A DNA stretch of 64,000 nt from an uncultured Solirubrobacterales bacterium. GTDB lineage: Bacteria > Actinomycetota > Thermoleophilia > Solirubrobacterales > Solirubrobacteraceae. Positions 41,886 to 51,043 of this stretch are shown piece after piece (positions within the stretch are counted from its first letter, which is position 1; each line of letters opens with the position of its first letter). Under the pieces are notes generated by a model, which saw nothing but the letters and a program-made list of their open reading frames with translations, was not told the origin of the DNA and ran no database searches. The stretch spans positions 61,539 to 125,538 of the forward strand of contig CAWBFH010000023.1 in NCBI GenBank assembly GCA_963788005.1. Reading direction: 5' to 3'. The position numbers were made by a program, and so were the translations under genes.

Positions 41886-42731
41886 GTGTCGTACGTTGAG
41901 GCTCAAAATCAGACGCTTAGCGCAGCCAACGGAGTTGATTACGTCTACCGCTCGATGGGTTCGTCCGACGCCACTCCGCTCCTTGCGTTGCAGCACTTTC
42001 GCGGCAACCTCGATAACTGGGATCCCGCGCTGATCGATGCCCTCGCGGGCGGCCGCCGGGTGATCACGTTCGACAACCGGGGCGTCGCCGCCTCGAGCGG
42101 GACGACGCCGAGCACGATCGCGGAGATGGCCCTCGACGCGGTCGAGTTCATCGATGCACTCGGCCTCGGCGACGTCGACCTGCTCGGGTTCTCGATCGGC
42201 AGTTTCGTGGCCCAGGAGATCGCCTTGGTCCGCCCCGCGAGCGTCCGCAAGATCGTGCTCGCCTCTTCGGCTCCTCAGGGCGGGAGCGGCATGCACGGTT
42301 GGGCGCCCGACGTGATCGGCGCCGTCGGCAAGCCCGAGACGTCGGCCGAGGAGTACCTCGGGGTGTTCTTCACCAGTTCGGACGCGAGCCACGCGGCGGG
42401 ACAAGAGGTGGTCAGCCGGCTGTTCGGGGCGCGCACCGCCGATCGCGATGCGCCGACCGGCTGGCAGACCCGGCTGGCGCAGTACGACGCCGTGTGCACG
42501 TGGGGTCAGCCCAATCACTCCCTGCTTGAGCGAGTTTCGGCGATCGACAGGCCCGTGTTCGTGGCACAGGGTGACAGTGACCCGATGATCCTCCCGCGCT
42601 ACTCCTATCTGCTGGCTGGCCTGATCCCGGGCGCGAGCCTCAAGATCTATCCGGACTCGGCCCACGGTTTTCTGTTCCAGCACCACGCCGAGTTCGCCGG
42701 CGACGTCGAGGCCTTCCTGGCCGGCGCGTGA
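41886..42731 (+). CDS. Alpha/beta hydrolase
   Basis: LQHFRGNLDNWDP, FDNRGV, LLGFSIGSFVAQE, AQGDSD, DSAHGFLFQ. Confidence 0.92.
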   Translation: MSYVEAQNQTLSAANGVDYVYRSMGSSDATPLLALQHFRGNLDNWDPALIDALAGGRRVITFDNRGVAASSGTTPSTIAEMALDAVEFIDALGLGDVDLLGFSIGSFVAQEIALVRPASVRKIVLASSAPQGGSGMHGWAPDVIGAVGKPETSAEEYLGVFFTSSDASHAAGQEVVSRLFGARTADRDAPTGWQTRLAQYDAVCTWGQPNHSLLERVSAIDRPVFVAQGDSDPMILPRYSYLLAGLIPGASLKIYPDSAHGFLFQHHAEFAGDVEAFLAGA

Positions 42732-43588
42732 CAGAGCGGGGCGATGTGATGACCGAGATTCAGACGAGGACGCGGAAGGCCGACGGAGTCGAGATCCGAT
42801 ACGCCGAGTGCAACCCCGGCGCCGACACGACGCTGCTGCTCCTCAGCCCGTGGCCGGAGAGCATCTACGCCTGGGAGCAGCTCTGGCCACGGTTGAGCTC
42901 GGCGGGCCATGTGCTGGCGATTGACCTTCCCGGCTTCGGACACTCCGAGGGACGCGTTGACCTCTTCTCACCGCAGTCGATGGGTCGCTTCCTGCTCCGG
43001 CTGATCGAGGAGTGGGGGCTTGGGCCGCCACATGTCTTCGGCCCGGATGTGGGCGGACCGGCGGCGCTGTTCGCGGCCGCCGAGTCGCCGTCGTCGCTGA
43101 CGAGCATGGTCATCGGCAACGGCGCCACCGCCTATCCGCTCGATGTCGGCGGCAATCTCAAAGAGCTGATCGCCAATCCCGACTTCGAATCGCTGCTCGC
43201 GCTCGACGGCGCCGACGTCGTCAGGCAGGCGATGACGATGCACGAGAGCTACGAGGTCTCGGAGGCCGCGCTGCGGGACTACATGACCGCATACGCTGGC
43301 AGCCGCTTCGGCAAATCGGCGCGGTTCGTCCGCAACTATCCGGTCGACCTGGCGCTGCTCAAGGATCTGCTGCCCGAGATCGAGACGCCGGTGAAGATCA
43401 TCGCCGGCGAACGCGATCCTCTGGTGCCGATCAGCAACGCCGAGTACCTGGCGGAGCGCCTTCCTCGCTGCGAGCTCACCGTGCTGGATCTCGGGCACTT
43501 CGCGTGGGAGGACGGAGCTGGCGCCTGGGGCGACGCCGCACTGGCGTGGGTCCAGGGTGGCTATGAACGAATCGGAGGTGATCGCTGA
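42728..43588 (+). CDS. Alpha/beta hydrolase with Asp nucleophile (epoxide hydrolase / dehalogenase-like)
   Basis: LSPWPES, AIDLPGFGHS, FGPDVGG, AGERDPLVP, GHFAWED; start may be 42749. Confidence 0.9.
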   Translation: MTERGDVMTEIQTRTRKADGVEIRYAECNPGADTTLLLLSPWPESIYAWEQLWPRLSSAGHVLAIDLPGFGHSEGRVDLFSPQSMGRFLLRLIEEWGLGPPHVFGPDVGGPAALFAAAESPSSLTSMVIGNGATAYPLDVGGNLKELIANPDFESLLALDGADVVRQAMTMHESYEVSEAALRDYMTAYAGSRFGKSARFVRNYPVDLALLKDLLPEIETPVKIIAGERDPLVPISNAEYLAERLPRCELTVLDLGHFAWEDGAGAWGDAALAWVQGGYERIGGDR

Positions 43589-44023
43589 ATGCCGATGATC
43601 GATGTCTACGCAACGGAGGGCACGTTTGCCGAGCCGGGCGCGCTCGCCCAGCGGCTGGCGGCGACACTGATGAGCATCGAAGGGGTCCCGGCGCTGCCGA
43701 TGTTCCGGCACAACACCGCCGCGTTCATTCACGCTCTCCCCGAAGGGGAGATCGCCAACGTCGAAGGCGAGAGCGACTACGTACGAGTCCAGGTGCTGAC
43801 CAACCAGGGAGCGCTGGACCGAGCCAAGCAGCTCGCCGTGGTCGACCAGTTCACCGGCATCATCGCTGAGGCGGCCGTCCGTCCTGAGCTCAAGCAACGC
43901 ACCTGGGTTCTGCTCACCGAAGCCCCGGATGGCGGCTGGGGACTCTGGGGGCACGCCCACACCAACGCGGAGCTCGTCGCGGCCGCGCGGACGGAGGCGG
44001 CGAAGCTCAGCAGGGAGGAATGA
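43589..44023 (+). CDS. Tautomerase superfamily protein with Pro-1
   Basis: MPMIDVY start, VRVQVLTNQGALDR, WVLLTEAPDGGWG. Confidence 0.8.
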   Translation: MPMIDVYATEGTFAEPGALAQRLAATLMSIEGVPALPMFRHNTAAFIHALPEGEIANVEGESDYVRVQVLTNQGALDRAKQLAVVDQFTGIIAEAAVRPELKQRTWVLLTEAPDGGWGLWGHAHTNAELVAAARTEAAKLSREE

Positions 44024-44263
44024 GCTCGCAGGGGCCGCATAGCCTGGGCCTGGCCCGTGGCGCCGGGGAACCCTGCGCATGGACCAGCCTGGCCGCCTGG
44101 TGGCTCACCGCACGGATCGATTCTCTGGCAGGCACCCCTCGCTGACCGGTGGCCGATCCGGCGCCTCGGGCGGCGGCGTGGAAAGATTGCGCTCCGTTCA
44201 TCACAACATCGGCTGCAGACCCCGTCGCACGCGGGGTGTGAGATCAATCAGTGGAGGTGCCGG

Positions 44264-44728
44264 ATGGTCGAGCTCCCGCCGTCCCCGGAGGGAATTGTGC
44301 TGGCCCACTTCATCGTCTCCGACGACGTCGAGCGCTCTCGGCGTTTCTATACCGAGGTACTCGGCGGCAGGGTGGCCTTTTCCGGAGATGTCACTTACGT
44401 CTCGCTCTCTAACAGCTGGATCATCATCAACGTCGGCGGTGGACCGACGGACGACAAGCCGGAGGTCACGCTGGAGACGCCGCGCGATCCTGACCGGGTC
44501 AGCAGCTTCCTCAACATCCGGGTCAAAGACATCCACGCCGTGTACGCGGAATGGAGCGCTCGGGGTGCGAATTTCCTGACGCCGCCCAAGCAGCACGCGT
44601 ACGAGATCCGTTGCTATATCCGCGATCCCGACGGCCATCTGATCGAAGTGGGGCAAACCACCGATCCCGACGGGGACTGGACGCCCGCTCACTGGCCATC
44701 GAGTACCCCGGCCGATCAGCGCGAGTGA
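44264..44728 (+). CDS. VOC / glyoxalase family protein
   Basis: HFIVSDDVERSRRFYTEVLG, NIRVKDI, YIRDPDGHLIEVGQ; GGAGG RBS. Confidence 0.9.
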   Translation: MVELPPSPEGIVLAHFIVSDDVERSRRFYTEVLGGRVAFSGDVTYVSLSNSWIIINVGGGPTDDKPEVTLETPRDPDRVSSFLNIRVKDIHAVYAEWSARGANFLTPPKQHAYEIRCYIRDPDGHLIEVGQTTDPDGDWTPAHWPSSTPADQRE

Positions 44729-45174
44729 GTGAGCGAGACTCCTCACGTTTGGTCGTGAGCGATCGACCCGATCTTGGTGCCGCGCTGGCGATGGGTCTCG
44801 GGGGCGGGCTGCGCGCCTTCGCGCCGGCGGTGGGGCTAGCGGTCCATGGCAGCAGGCCATTTGCCGGGCGAGCCCGCTTCATCGCCGTCGGGGGCGGCGC
44901 CGTCGAGTTGATCGCCGACAAGCTTCCGAGCACGCCCAGCCGCTGGTCGGCTCGCGGGATGTCGGCCCGCGTTGTCTTCTCGGCCATTGGTGGAGGCGTG
45001 CTCGGTGGTGGACCCGGCGTCGCGATCGCCGTGGCCGCCGCTGTCGGGTCCGCGTTCGCCGGCTCGCGGCTAAGGACGAAGGTGCGCGGGCGCGGTCGGC
45101 AGCTGGCGGCGGCGGTCGCCGAGGACGCGCTCAGTTACTCGCTGGTGCTGACGGCCACGTCCTCGTTGGACTGA
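44725..45174 (+). CDS. DUF4126-like membrane protein
   Basis: GLGGGLRAFAP, ELIADKLPSTPSR, AVAEDAL; GTG overlaps the VOC stop. Confidence 0.65.
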   Translation: MSERDSSRLVVSDRPDLGAALAMGLGGGLRAFAPAVGLAVHGSRPFAGRARFIAVGGGAVELIADKLPSTPSRWSARGMSARVVFSAIGGGVLGGGPGVAIAVAAAVGSAFAGSRLRTKVRGRGRQLAAAVAEDALSYSLVLTATSSLD

Positions 45175-45226
45175 CGTCAGCCGGCTCGCTGCCGCATCTC
45201 TCTTGGCGGCAACGCGATCGTCGGTG

Positions 45227-45727
45227 TCAGCCGACGGGTTCGCGGTCTCTGATGATCCGGAGGTTGTTCGTTTGGGCCTGCAACCGGTCAAACGCTTCCT
45301 CGACGTCAGTCGATGGCGGCTGGTTTGACCACCGCTTGCCCACCTGCTGAATCTCACCGGCGGCCTCAAGCGCGCGAAGCCTCCTGAGCGTCTTGTCATG
45401 GTTGAGGCCGGCGGCCTTCGCTACCTGTCCGACCGAAAGCGGCTCGCGCGGCAGCTGCGCAAGCGCCCTTCTCAGCCGATCCTCGCTCGGCGCGGTCCGC
45501 TGTTTGGGCGCTTCCTCCGAAGGCACCACGGGCTCGGTGGCGGCCTTCTGTGTTGCCGGAAGTGGCGGGGCGGACCCATAGCGCGCCCGACAAGCAGCGC
45601 ACATGACCACCGGCTCTTGCCCCTCAGGGCGCCCAACCTCGAGCTGACGCCAGCGGCGTCCTGAGCGGCAAATCGCGCACCGACGCCCCGCACGCTCGAT
45701 CTCCGTCAAATCCTCAGGCGTATGCAT
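45227..45727 (-). CDS. Hypothetical protein: CxxC..CxxC zinc ribbon plus winged-helix domain
   Basis: CAIC...CAAC, then LSVGQVAKAAGLNHDKTLRRLRALEAAGEIQQVGKRW. Confidence 0.6.
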   Translation of the reverse strand: MHTPEDLTEIERAGRRCAICRSGRRWRQLEVGRPEGQEPVVMCAACRARYGSAPPLPATQKAATEPVVPSEEAPKQRTAPSEDRLRRALAQLPREPLSVGQVAKAAGLNHDKTLRRLRALEAAGEIQQVGKRWSNQPPSTDVEEAFDRLQAQTNNLRIIRDREPVG

Positions 45728-46049
45728 ATGCCATTCAACATAGAAGGTCCGCGATCCTCAACGTTCGCTGAGCCGCTAAGCGTGACCAGTCCAAGCCGTC
45801 TCGTGAATCCGACCGCTCCGACATCGATCAGCCCGGGGTCGCCGTCCCAGCCTGGGATCGGACCCGCCGGCTGGCCCAAATCGACGGACCGGCACCCGCT
45901 TCTGCGGTGCCACCAGCGGCGGCGACCGCGCGGCGCGCTCGATGGGTGGCGTGCTCGTCCGAGCGAGAGGCGGGCTGGATTGATGCCCAACGGACGGTTA
46001 GGCTGAGCTCGTGCGTAAGGTTTTCTCCGAACACCACGTCCGCGCCTGA

Positions 46050-47225
46050 GTGGCGGGAGGTCCGGTGGCCGGCGGTCCAGACCCGGGGGAACTGCTGCAG
46101 CGCTACGTGCCAGTGCTTCGGTACGACTCACAGGAGCCCTATTTCGCCGATGCTGCGTCCGAGTGGACTGACAATGCGGGCAATCAGCTGCGCCGCGCCG
46201 ACGGCACCGTGATCGCGGCCGCGACGCCAACCGGCGGCCAGGAGCTCTTGTCGTTGAGCTTTCTCGACCCGGCGGGGTATCCGAATGGCGAAGCGGTGAC
46301 TCGCGACGACCGGATCGCCGACCCAGCGCATGACTACGTCGCGCAGGCTCAGGCGCTCCACGCTCAGCCGCAGTACGCCAACGTTGTCTACGGCCACTGG
46401 GCGACCGGGAGCGACGACCGCTTATGGCTCGCCTATTGGTTCTTCTACTTCTACAACGACTACAACCTGATCGGGCCGCTGATCAAGGCGGGACTGCATG
46501 AAGGCGATTGGGAGATGATCCAGCTGCGGCTCGATCCCGACGGCCAGCAGCCCGATCTCGCGGTCTACGCGCAGCACACGCACGCCGAGCAGCGACCGTG
46601 GGAGCAGGTGCAGCGCGTTGGCGAGCAGCCGGTCGTGTACCCGGCGCGTGGCTCGCACGCGTCCTACTTCTCGGCGGGGGTGCATTGGACCGGGGCGTGG
46701 TTTGACAACGCCGATGGCAAGCGGCCGGCCCCGGCGCTCAACCTGCACACGATCTCCGACACGGTGGCCGCCGACGCGTGGGCGCGGTGGCCGGGTATGT
46801 GGGGCGGCACGCAACCCCCGCCCCAGGACGCGAGCCCGCTCGACGACTCAAGTCCGCGGGGTCCGGGAGGACACGCTCAGTACAGGCAGCCCGACACCTT
46901 GCTGACGACGGCGATCGCTCACCAGGCTTCGGCCGCGCCGCCGCCGACCGCGCCGCCGCCTCCCGCGCCGACGGTGACCGCCACCTCAGCCGGCGCGGAC
47001 CTGCATCTCACCTTCGATACCCACATCCCCAGGCCGGCCGGATTGGTGGTCACGGTGGGCGACGCCGATCAGAGCACGCCGCCGGCGATCCATCGGGTCC
47101 CGGTCAACGAGGGGACCGGGACCGTCGTGATCCCAGGCGCAGCGGCCGACGGCCAGGCGATCCACGTCAGTGTGGGCGCCGAAGATGGCCAGGCATCACC
47201 CGCCGCAGAGGCGACCCTGAAGTAG
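46050..47225 (+). CDS. Vps62/DUF946-like (NPP1-related fold) protein with C-terminal Pro-rich linker and small beta domain
   Basis: YVPVLRYDSQEPY, WLAYWFFYFYND, HEGDWE, AVYAQH, VYPARGSHASY. Confidence 0.7.
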   Translation: MAGGPVAGGPDPGELLQRYVPVLRYDSQEPYFADAASEWTDNAGNQLRRADGTVIAAATPTGGQELLSLSFLDPAGYPNGEAVTRDDRIADPAHDYVAQAQALHAQPQYANVVYGHWATGSDDRLWLAYWFFYFYNDYNLIGPLIKAGLHEGDWEMIQLRLDPDGQQPDLAVYAQHTHAEQRPWEQVQRVGEQPVVYPARGSHASYFSAGVHWTGAWFDNADGKRPAPALNLHTISDTVAADAWARWPGMWGGTQPPPQDASPLDDSSPRGPGGHAQYRQPDTLLTTAIAHQASAAPPPTAPPPPAPTVTATSAGADLHLTFDTHIPRPAGLVVTVGDADQSTPPAIHRVPVNEGTGTVVIPGAAADGQAIHVSVGAEDGQASPAAEATLK

Positions 47226-47288
47226 TTCGTCGGCGCGCGCCGCGCAGCCCTTGGTCCCGGCTTACCCTGGCGCGTTAGTCGACGCCGC

Positions 47289-47483
47289 TCAAGGGCTGCC
47301 GCTCATCCGATTCATCAGACTCCCGACCGTGATCCCGTGCTTGAACAGCTCTCCGCGGTCACGCTCGGTGTCGACCGGGTCCGGAAGCTCGCGCAGCAGA
47401 TCCTCGATCTGTTGCTGCGAATAACCGGCCCTGCGCAGGACGCCCTTCAACTCGGCGTGCGAGATGAAACGCGGCTTCTCCAT
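47289..47483 (-). CDS. Small hypothetical protein (64 aa)
   Basis: MEKPRFISHAELKGVLRRAGYSQQQIEDLLRELPDPVD...GSLMNRMSGSP; protein-like composition, downstream of the APC gene. Confidence 0.6.
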   Translation of the reverse strand: MEKPRFISHAELKGVLRRAGYSQQQIEDLLRELPDPVDTERDRGELFKHGITVGSLMNRMSGSP

Positions 47484-47542
47484 TGGATGGATGCTACGCC
47501 CCGCTGGCGGCGCGGCGCTGGCGGACGACCGCCGAGTCGCGG

Positions 47543-49747
47543 TCATCCCGTGAGGTGGAACGGGATACTGGTCACGACGATCCCGTCGTGCCGGATCAGG
47601 TTGCGCTGCAAGCGCTGCGCGATCCGGCCGTGGAGGATCGATTCCCAGTGGTGCGCGGTGACGATCTGCGGTACGACCACGGTGAGGGTGATCGCCGGCT
47701 GTTGCCTGTGGAGGGCCTCGATGTAGTTGGCCAGAGGCGCGACCGTGGCACGGTAGGGCGAGAGGACGATCTCGAGCGGCAGATAGTCGCCCCACGCCTT
47801 CCAGTATCCGTCAAAGCGTTTGCCCTCCTCCTTGCTGGGGCTGACGTGGACGGCGAGCACGGGCACTTGGAGCGAGGCGGCGTAGGCCAAGGCCCGGAGG
47901 GCGGCCTGGTCGAGCACCGCGACCGGCACGACGACGAGGTGCTCGATCTCGATCGGCGAGTCCTGCAGCTCCGGTGCGACTCGGCTGCCGTTGCCATCGG
48001 ACTGCGGTGGGGCCAGGCGCGCCGCCGGCGCCACCAGCGTCTGGTCGGCTCGCGGCACCAGCTGGCGCCGAACGCTCTCGTAATGTCGATGGATCCGGAG
48101 GCAGGCCAACACGATCACGGGGATCAGCACCACCACCAGCCATGCGCCCTCGGTGAATTTGGTTACCGCCGCGATGATCGCGACGACGCCCGACAGCACG
48201 GCGCCGACGAGATTGATCGCGAGCGCCCGTCGCCACCCGTGCTCACGGTTGTGCCACCAGTGCGCGACCATCCCACTCTGCGCCAGAGTGAAGGCCACGA
48301 ATACGCCGACCGCGAACAGCGGGATCAGCGGCGCGGTCTGGCCATTGAAGGCCGCATACAGGATCGCGGCCGGCACGGCGAGCACGACGATGCCCGCGGT
48401 GAACGCCAGCCGGTCACCCAGGCGCAGAAACGCCATCGGGGCGTACCGATCGCGGGCCATGAAGTAGAGCAGCCGTGGGAAGCCGTTCACCGCCGAGTTC
48501 GCGGCGATCAACAGGACCGCGGTCGTGGCGACCTGGACATACGCGTACAGCACGCCACTGCCGACGGTGCGATGGGCGATCTGGGAGAGGACGGTCTGGG
48601 TCCCAGGAGCGATCCCCTCGAGGTAGGCGACCAGAACGACGCCGATGAACATCGAGACCAGCAGCGCGATCATGATCGTCAGCGTGCGACGGGCGTTGTC
48701 GGCCTCCGGAGGCTCGAACACCGGCACCGAGTTCGAGATCACCTCGATTCCCGTCATCGCCGTCGCGCCGGATGAGAATGCCCGCAGGATCAGCAGCAAC
48801 CCGAGCGCTTCGGTGGCGTGGCGTGGAGGCGGGGCGACGGCGTGGAAGCCGTGCGTCGCCGAGTCGACCAGCCCGACGACCACGATCAGCGCGATCGCGA
48901 TGATGAACATGTACGTGGGCGCGGCGAACAACGCGCCGGCCGCCTTCACGCCACGCAGGTTTCCGAACACCAGGACGAAGATCACCACCAGCCCGAGCGG
49001 GACCGTGGCTGACGTCACGGAGGGGATCGCCGAGGTGATGGCTGCGATGCCCGACGCCACCGACACGGCGACGGTCAGGATGTAGTCGAGGATCAATCCG
49101 GCCGCGGCCACCAGGCCCCATTTCGGACCGAGACTCTCCTTGGCGACGATGTAGGAACCGCCGCCGTGCGGGTAGGCGCGGATCACCTGCCGATAGCCGA
49201 GCCCGACGGCGAGCATCAGCACGACCAGCGCGGCGCCGATCGGCAGCGACAACTTGAGCTCCGCGCTGCCGGCGAGAACTAGGACGGCCATCATCGCCTC
49301 GGGTCCGTACGCCACCGACGAGAGAGCGTCGGGGGATAACACCGGGAGCGCGAGCAGCCTTGACATTCGCTGCTCGGCGATCGCGGTGCTCCGCAGCGGC
49401 GGCCCGATCAGCACGCGGCGGACGAGAGAGCTCGCCCGTCCCAGCCTCGAATCGGAAGCATCGGCGCGCGGAGTGGTTTCGATGTTCTCCGGATCACCGG
49501 CGCCGCGGCTGCGAATCTCCACGAACGCGCTGCGCCGGGTCGGCTGGTCGGCCAGGTACTTCAGGTGGGGATCGACGGGCAGGGAGCGCTCCCACGCCGC
49601 GCGGTCGGGCAGCCGAGTCGCCCACTCGCGGCCTACCTCCCGCAGGCCCTCCACCTGCCGATCATCGAGTTGCGGCAGTTGTGCGTCGGGCGTGACCGAC
49701 GCATCGGAACTCTGACCGCTCCCGGATGTGGCGGGTTGGTGCTCCAT
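47543..49747 (-). CDS. APC-family transporter, YdaO/KimA-like (K+ or amino acid)
   Basis: SPDALSSVAYG, YPHGGGSYIVAKE, LDYILTVAVS, AFSSGATAMTGIEVISN, LIPLFAVGVF, C-terminal cytosolic domain. Confidence 0.88.
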   Translation of the reverse strand: MEHQPATSGSGQSSDASVTPDAQLPQLDDRQVEGLREVGREWATRLPDRAAWERSLPVDPHLKYLADQPTRRSAFVEIRSRGAGDPENIETTPRADASDSRLGRASSLVRRVLIGPPLRSTAIAEQRMSRLLALPVLSPDALSSVAYGPEAMMAVLVLAGSAELKLSLPIGAALVVLMLAVGLGYRQVIRAYPHGGGSYIVAKESLGPKWGLVAAAGLILDYILTVAVSVASGIAAITSAIPSVTSATVPLGLVVIFVLVFGNLRGVKAAGALFAAPTYMFIIAIALIVVVGLVDSATHGFHAVAPPPRHATEALGLLLILRAFSSGATAMTGIEVISNSVPVFEPPEADNARRTLTIMIALLVSMFIGVVLVAYLEGIAPGTQTVLSQIAHRTVGSGVLYAYVQVATTAVLLIAANSAVNGFPRLLYFMARDRYAPMAFLRLGDRLAFTAGIVVLAVPAAILYAAFNGQTAPLIPLFAVGVFVAFTLAQSGMVAHWWHNREHGWRRALAINLVGAVLSGVVAIIAAVTKFTEGAWLVVVLIPVIVLACLRIHRHYESVRRQLVPRADQTLVAPAARLAPPQSDGNGSRVAPELQDSPIEIEHLVVVPVAVLDQAALRALAYAASLQVPVLAVHVSPSKEEGKRFDGYWKAWGDYLPLEIVLSPYRATVAPLANYIEALHRQQPAITLTVVVPQIVTAHHWESILHGRIAQRLQRNLIRHDGIVVTSIPFHLTG

Positions 49748-49859
49748 CCAGGTGAAGGATCTCAGCCCGTCAATGCCGCTAGAGCCGGAGCGGGTGCGAG
49801 CCCCGCGAGCCGATGACCCGCCGGCGCGCGCCCGTGCCGGCACAGCTCAGGGGGAAGAA

Positions 49860-50267
49860 TCAGGTCACGATCGGGGAACGAAGCCCGAACACCGCGTCAA
49901 TCTCGATCGAGACCGGGAGTTGAGCTCCCACGGTCGTGCGCGCGGGGCGCGGCTCGGGAAAGGCGCGGGCGAACGCCGCATCGGCCTCGCCGAAGTCATC
50001 GAGATCGCGCAGGTAGACCGTCACGCGCAGGGCATCGGCGATCGAGGCCCCTGCGGCTTCGGCGACCGCGCGCAGATTTGCGTAGACCTGATCGGCCTGC
50101 GCGCTGAACGAGCCGCCCACGTCACCCCGGTCGAGGTCGCGGGGGGTCTGACCGGAGATGAACAGCAAGTCGCCCCAGCGAATTGCCTGCGAATAAGAGC
50201 CCCCTGGCGCAGGAGCGTCAGCGGCGCGGATCGCCTCGCGCGTCAACGGGTCCGGTGAATCAGCCAT
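49860..50267 (-). CDS. RidA / YjgF-YER057c-UK114 family protein
   Basis: APAPGGSYSQAI, LFISGQTP, VTVYLRDL, PARTTVG, IEIDAV. Confidence 0.9.
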   Translation of the reverse strand: MADSPDPLTREAIRAADAPAPGGSYSQAIRWGDLLFISGQTPRDLDRGDVGGSFSAQADQVYANLRAVAEAAGASIADALRVTVYLRDLDDFGEADAAFARAFPEPRPARTTVGAQLPVSIEIDAVFGLRSPIVT

Positions 50268-50514
50268 TCCAGTGCGACTGTACCGGTTCATCTCCTAGCA
50301 GCGTTGCTGTCGGAGCGCCAGCGCCAGTATTCAGCGCTGCAGGGACAACTCCCCCACTCCCAAGGAGACAGAGCGAGATCCTCACGCTGGCTGCCCCACG
50401 CACATATCAAGCATTGCTTTAGGGAACTTGGTGACTGCGCTCAACACTCGCAGGATGGAGTTCGCCGGTTGGTCTGGCACCTCAGCCCTCGTGTCGAAAT
50501 CTGGAGGTAGAGCG

Positions 50515-50706
50515 ATGAACTTGCTGCACGATTCCTCGGAGCCCGACGATCCGATCGTGACCTCGCCGCTGCTGTGGCTGATCTGTTTCCCGCTCGCGAT
50601 GGGCATCGAGACCGTCCGCAGCTTGAGCCTGAGGCGCCTGGAGCGCGGCGAGCCGGCGTATTCGGCATATTCGGCTGCGAGGTCGACGAGCACCCAAACG
50701 TCCTGA
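50515..50706 (+). CDS. Small hypothetical protein with one hydrophobic segment (63 aa)
   Basis: GGAGGT RBS 6 nt before ATG; LLWLICFPLAMGI segment. Confidence 0.45.
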   Translation: MNLLHDSSEPDDPIVTSPLLWLICFPLAMGIETVRSLSLRRLERGEPAYSAYSAARSTSTQTS

Positions 50707-50890
50707 CTACATCGCCTGGCGCGAGTGCGTCAGGCGATCGTGATGTGCCCGTTGGATCGTGAACTTGGCCGTGCCGGAGATCGGGCGGCCGGTGTAGTTC
50801 TGCCCGGTGCCCTTCGACGTGGCCGGCCGCCTCTGGAATGAAGCGGGCGCCCAGCGGCGATGCGCTATCGTCGCCGCCGATCAGATGGAG

Positions 50891-50968
50891 CCCTGATGTG
50901 GGGCCGGTCGCGGCCGGCGCGCAAGCCCCCGAACCGCCCGGCTGAAAAAGGGTTGATGGCCCCTTTCG
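50891..50968 (+). ncRNA. Fluoride (crcB) riboswitch, variant 5' half
   Basis: AACC-GCCC..GGGT-TGATGGCCCCT 3' half matches the crcB motif; pseudoknot GGGGCC (50900-50905)/GGCCCC (50958-50963); about 75 bp upstream of crcB. Confidence 0.75.
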
Positions 50969-51043
50969 CACCTCCGACTCACTTGCGAGAGGAATCAGTG
51001 ACATCAACCCCGACGTGGCTGCCAGCCTGAAAGCCCGGCTGCG

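Noticed and set aside
45706-45715. attR copy of the tRNA-Pro 3' end (TCAAATCCT)
   Set aside because: Only a 9-bp match, expected by chance
49750-49860. c-di-AMP (ydaO) riboswitch upstream of the KimA-like gene
   Set aside because: No recognisable conserved ydaO elements in the short intergenic region
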